Shown here piece after piece: positions 61,090-64,000 of a stretch of DNA of 64,000 nucleotides. The stretch is from Candidatus Eiseniibacteriota bacterium (GTDB lineage: Bacteria > Eisenbacteria > RBG-16-71-46 > SZUA-252), in assembly GCA_963703225.1 (NCBI GenBank), contig OY969801.1, positions 2,784,001-2,848,000 on the forward strand, read 5' to 3'. Position 1 is the first letter of the stretch. The number at the start of each line of letters is the position of its first letter. The notes beneath the pieces are model-generated. The model saw only the letters and a list, made by a program, of their open reading frames with translations, did not search any database and had not been told where the DNA came from. The position numbers and the translations under genes are program-made.

Positions 61090-62514
61090 ATGCGCAGCTG
61101 CTCCTCCCTGGCTTCGACGCTGCTGGCGATCATCGCCGCTCTTGCCCAGGCGCCTTGTGTAGAAGCCGCCTCGGCTCTACCCTCGCTGGCTCTCATCCCC
61201 TCACGCCTGATAACAGACAGCGGCCGCTCGTTGGCCGAGGTCCTGGGGCTCGATCGCGATGCACTCTACCTCTTCGACTCGGATCGCCCGGCGGGGCGAA
61301 AGATCCTGGATGCCGGGAACACCCTGCTTGAATGGGCCGACCTCTCACCCGATTGCGGACTGATCGCATACAAGCTCACATACCCGGACCCCGCGAAGAT
61401 CGCCGTCGTGCCTCAGAGTCAGAAGTCTGGTGTAGCGATCATTGATAGTGGCGGCGTCGAACGCGGCCGGATAATGGGTGGCGGCTCGTCATCATGGAGT
61501 CCGTCGGGAGACCGATTGGCCGTCCTTATCCCGCCGCGCCGTGACCCTTGGGCCCCCGACAGTCTCATCATCTGGAAACGCAGCACTGGCGAGATGGCCG
61601 GCTACGTGGTGCAAGGTGCCGCCACCGCTGGGGATCCGCAGCAGGCACTGGCATGGCTATCCCCCGACACGCTTCTACTCGGGACTCACATGTTCGTACC
61701 GAGCAGCGGTCAGTACGTATCCAGCGGTCATTGCGGGGCTATGGTTTCTCCCGATCGCGAGTACTCGCTGAGCGGCTCTCACCGCGATCTCGGAGTGTGG
61801 GGGGACCTGAGCGGATTCGATGCCACTGCGTGTGTGGTCCAAGTCTGCGGGGCAATTCGCCTGCGAAGTGTCGGAAAGGGGCTATGGCTTCCGTGGGGCG
61901 CGTCGGGGCACGTACTTGCGCTCGAGACCCAGGAGGAGGGTCCCGGCGACGGTGATCCTAGCCGCCCCGCAAGCATTACCTCGTTCATCGACGTTGGGAC
62001 TCCGGAGCTGCTTGCCGTGGTCTCGGGCCAGCCGGTTGGAATGAGTTCAGATGGCACACGGCTGGTGTTGCTTCGGGACGACGGCTTGCACTTCGATCGT
62101 CCAGGGCTGAATGGAAAGGTACCGGCATCCAGGCTCCACTGTGGGACCGGCGTCGGGAGCCACTCCTCCAGGGTCCGCATCGAAATGATCTCGATCGGGT
62201 GGGGGAAGTTCGGCAGCACTGATACGCTCGGAGTGAAGACGGTCTCCGTCGCGCCAGGAGCTCATATCGCGGCTGACGCGCCCCAATATATGCACCCAAG
62301 CTCCGACTCGACGGCATTTCGCGTGCTGGGGGTAAGGTCGAACGGCTCGGTTCTCATGGAGTCCAAATCGGGTCTCGTGCCCGCAGCAGGGTGGTTCCGC
62401 CGCGGGTACCGACATCGTTTCATTGTGACAACGTCCCCCATCTCGGTTGGGACGGCTAGCCAGGATGGTGGTGCGCTCTTCAAGCTGCGTGTGGTAACTG
62501 ACTCCAGAAGGTGA
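61090..62514 (+). CDS. Secreted TolB-like/beta-propeller hypothetical protein (array cargo)
   Basis: Signal peptide; LSPDC, WSPSGDRLAV, SPDR, SSDGTRLV. Confidence 0.6.
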   Translation: MRSCSSLASTLLAIIAALAQAPCVEAASALPSLALIPSRLITDSGRSLAEVLGLDRDALYLFDSDRPAGRKILDAGNTLLEWADLSPDCGLIAYKLTYPDPAKIAVVPQSQKSGVAIIDSGGVERGRIMGGGSSSWSPSGDRLAVLIPPRRDPWAPDSLIIWKRSTGEMAGYVVQGAATAGDPQQALAWLSPDTLLLGTHMFVPSSGQYVSSGHCGAMVSPDREYSLSGSHRDLGVWGDLSGFDATACVVQVCGAIRLRSVGKGLWLPWGASGHVLALETQEEGPGDGDPSRPASITSFIDVGTPELLAVVSGQPVGMSSDGTRLVLLRDDGLHFDRPGLNGKVPASRLHCGTGVGSHSSRVRIEMISIGWGKFGSTDTLGVKTVSVAPGAHIAADAPQYMHPSSDSTAFRVLGVRSNGSVLMESKSGLVPAAGWFRRGYRHRFIVTTSPISVGTASQDGGALFKLRVVTDSRR

Positions 62515-62520
62515 CGAGCT

Positions 62521-62646
62521 GTCTACCGGGCAACCAAGGACCTCTTCCTCACCCAGCGGTTCGCCCGCCATGCCAACCCGATTACAACAGTTGCCTACAC
62601 CCATCCGAGCGACGAGGAGCTGTACGCGAGAATCGGCGGGATCTGA
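62521..62646 (+). repeat. Recombinase 3'-end fragment E
   Basis: [41 protein letters not shown]. Confidence 0.95.
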
Positions 62647-62715
62647 TGCGCCGAAGTGTGCCCTAGCGTCAGGGAAGGCATGGCCTAGGGCCGTGCAGTA
62701 TGCCATTATGTCAGC

Positions 62716-63321
62716 ATGGGTCGGATTGATCGACGGCTCAAGTCTACGGCTTTTCATGAGGCAGGCCATGCCGTCGCAGTCTTCCAGATGAACATCCCAA
62801 TCCGCAAGGTCACGATCGTTCCCGAAGGCGATGCCCTTGGCTACGTGCTGCGGTCGGGCGTCAGCTTTCCAAAGAAGGTGCGGCAAACGCTGGAGTCCTC
62901 CTCACGGGGAACGATTCGGTATTGCTTCCCCCACGAATTTGCTCGGGCGCAATACCTCGCGGAGCGGCATGCCATGTACTGTCTCGCAGGCATCGAGGCT
63001 CAGAGGCAGTTCGATCCCAAGAGCGTTCGGCACTACCATTGGAGGCAGGATCGAGAGTCTGCCCTCCAAGGGCTCTACTATATCGTCGGCGACGATGAGG
63101 TGCCGCTCTACTGGCGGCTTCTTCGGCAGCGAACGATGAACCTGCTGACCCTCCCTGGCGCTTGGGCAGCCATTAGAACCTTGGCGAAAGAGTTGATTAG
63201 ACGGAAAACGCTCTCAGGAAACGAGGCCGTGGCGGCAATCAGGCGAGGTTTCGACAAAGACTTTGAGCGTCGAGTAGCTCGGCGGACTGGTGTCGTGCGA
63301 GCGGGCAGCGGCACTCAATGA
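62716..63321 (+). CDS. Stand-alone FtsH/M41-like zinc metalloprotease domain protein (array cargo)
   Basis: TAFHEAGHAV, KVTIVP...LG, LAGIEA, LAKELIRRKTLSG. Confidence 0.75.
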   Translation: MGRIDRRLKSTAFHEAGHAVAVFQMNIPIRKVTIVPEGDALGYVLRSGVSFPKKVRQTLESSSRGTIRYCFPHEFARAQYLAERHAMYCLAGIEAQRQFDPKSVRHYHWRQDRESALQGLYYIVGDDEVPLYWRLLRQRTMNLLTLPGAWAAIRTLAKELIRRKTLSGNEAVAAIRRGFDKDFERRVARRTGVVRAGSGTQ

Positions 63322-63386
63322 CCAATCAGATCCGTCGCGCTTATCGATGAATTAGTCGAGGGGCCGAAGGGAGATGCTGTCCGACC

Positions 63387-63986
63387 TCAGAACTTCTTGT
63401 CCCACCTCGGCGGCCACTCCAGTCCCTCGTACCGCAGGTCCTGGAGCAATTGCCACATGACGGGCCGATCTTCAGGGCGAGGCTCTGAGTGAATCCACAC
63501 GCTCGACTGCCGCCGCTCTCGTTCGGAAGCGATCCAGTCGTAAGTGAAGGCGAGCGAGTAGTGGTTCGTTCCGGTCCGGATATACTTGTAGCTCTTGGCC
63601 CCCGTTTCCTCGTCCTCGATCAGCTTCTTGGCGTCCGAGGCCAGGTGCTCGGCAAACTCTTCGATTAGAGGGAGACGACGCGGCAGCACTCCCGCTCCGT
63701 CCCGGATCCCCTTCTTCGCAGCGTCCAGTGCCTCCGTCCGGTTCACCTGAACGATGTGCTGCTCCTTGTCCCACTTGGCCGAGCCCTTCTGGTTCTCTTG
63801 GAAGTAAACCGCCTCTTCCACAACAGGCTGCACCTGGGCTGCGATGCTCGGCAGCGCAGCGACGCGTGCCTGATGCCGGAGTAGACGCAGTTGGCGTTCG
63901 CTCTGCACACGAAGCCGGCGGGTCTCCACCGTGTAAATGATCACGGCTATGAGGAGGGCTATCTGTATCCAATCGGAAATCGTCAT
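63387..63986 (-). CDS. Membrane-anchored hypothetical protein
   Basis: N-terminal TM helix followed by YTVETRRLR; 199 aa. Confidence 0.55.
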   Translation of the reverse strand: MTISDWIQIALLIAVIIYTVETRRLRVQSERQLRLLRHQARVAALPSIAAQVQPVVEEAVYFQENQKGSAKWDKEQHIVQVNRTEALDAAKKGIRDGAGVLPRRLPLIEEFAEHLASDAKKLIEDEETGAKSYKYIRTGTNHYSLAFTYDWIASERERRQSSVWIHSEPRPEDRPVMWQLLQDLRYEGLEWPPRWDKKF

Positions 63987-64000
63987 CGTTTAGCAGCGCG

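Noticed and set aside
49957..64000. Classical integron (IntI plus attC)
   Set aside because: The recombinase is ~200 aa with no visible IntI-specific insertion. I found no RYYYAAC...GTTRRRY palindromic attC between cargo genes, and an isolated GTTAGGC at ~49035 is insufficient.

Overview
GC-rich bacterial DNA. The many secreted proteins with FlgD-Ig/T9SS-like C-terminal tails plus a SprA-like fragment suggest an FCB-related candidate phylum such as Eisenbacteria (inference). 1-31 kb holds mostly ordinary accessory genes: PP2C phosphatase, M20 peptidase, Ser/Thr kinase-TPR, DinB, hydrolase, DUF2339, MocR, DUF4386 x2, HDAC, methyltransferase, MscS. 13-56 kb is an island of FG-GAP/beta-propeller secreted proteins with a shuffled shared C-terminal module, IS remnants, a 640-bp duplication and a ~250-bp structured repeat. 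The most unusual structure is at 48.8-64 kb. A minimal (~200 aa, catalytic-domain-only) tyrosine recombinase occurs as two near-full-length copies. The second copy is followed by a tandem array of cargo genes separated by three further copies of the recombinase's own 3' end, which share the same stop position and diverge almost only at synonymous sites. Copies of its 5' leader also bracket cargo, and a 32-bp-period repeat array lies upstream. This looks like a gene-capture array delimited by pieces of the recombinase gene itself. No rRNA, tRNA or CRISPR array was recognised. All family calls come from motif recognition by eye, not from database searches.
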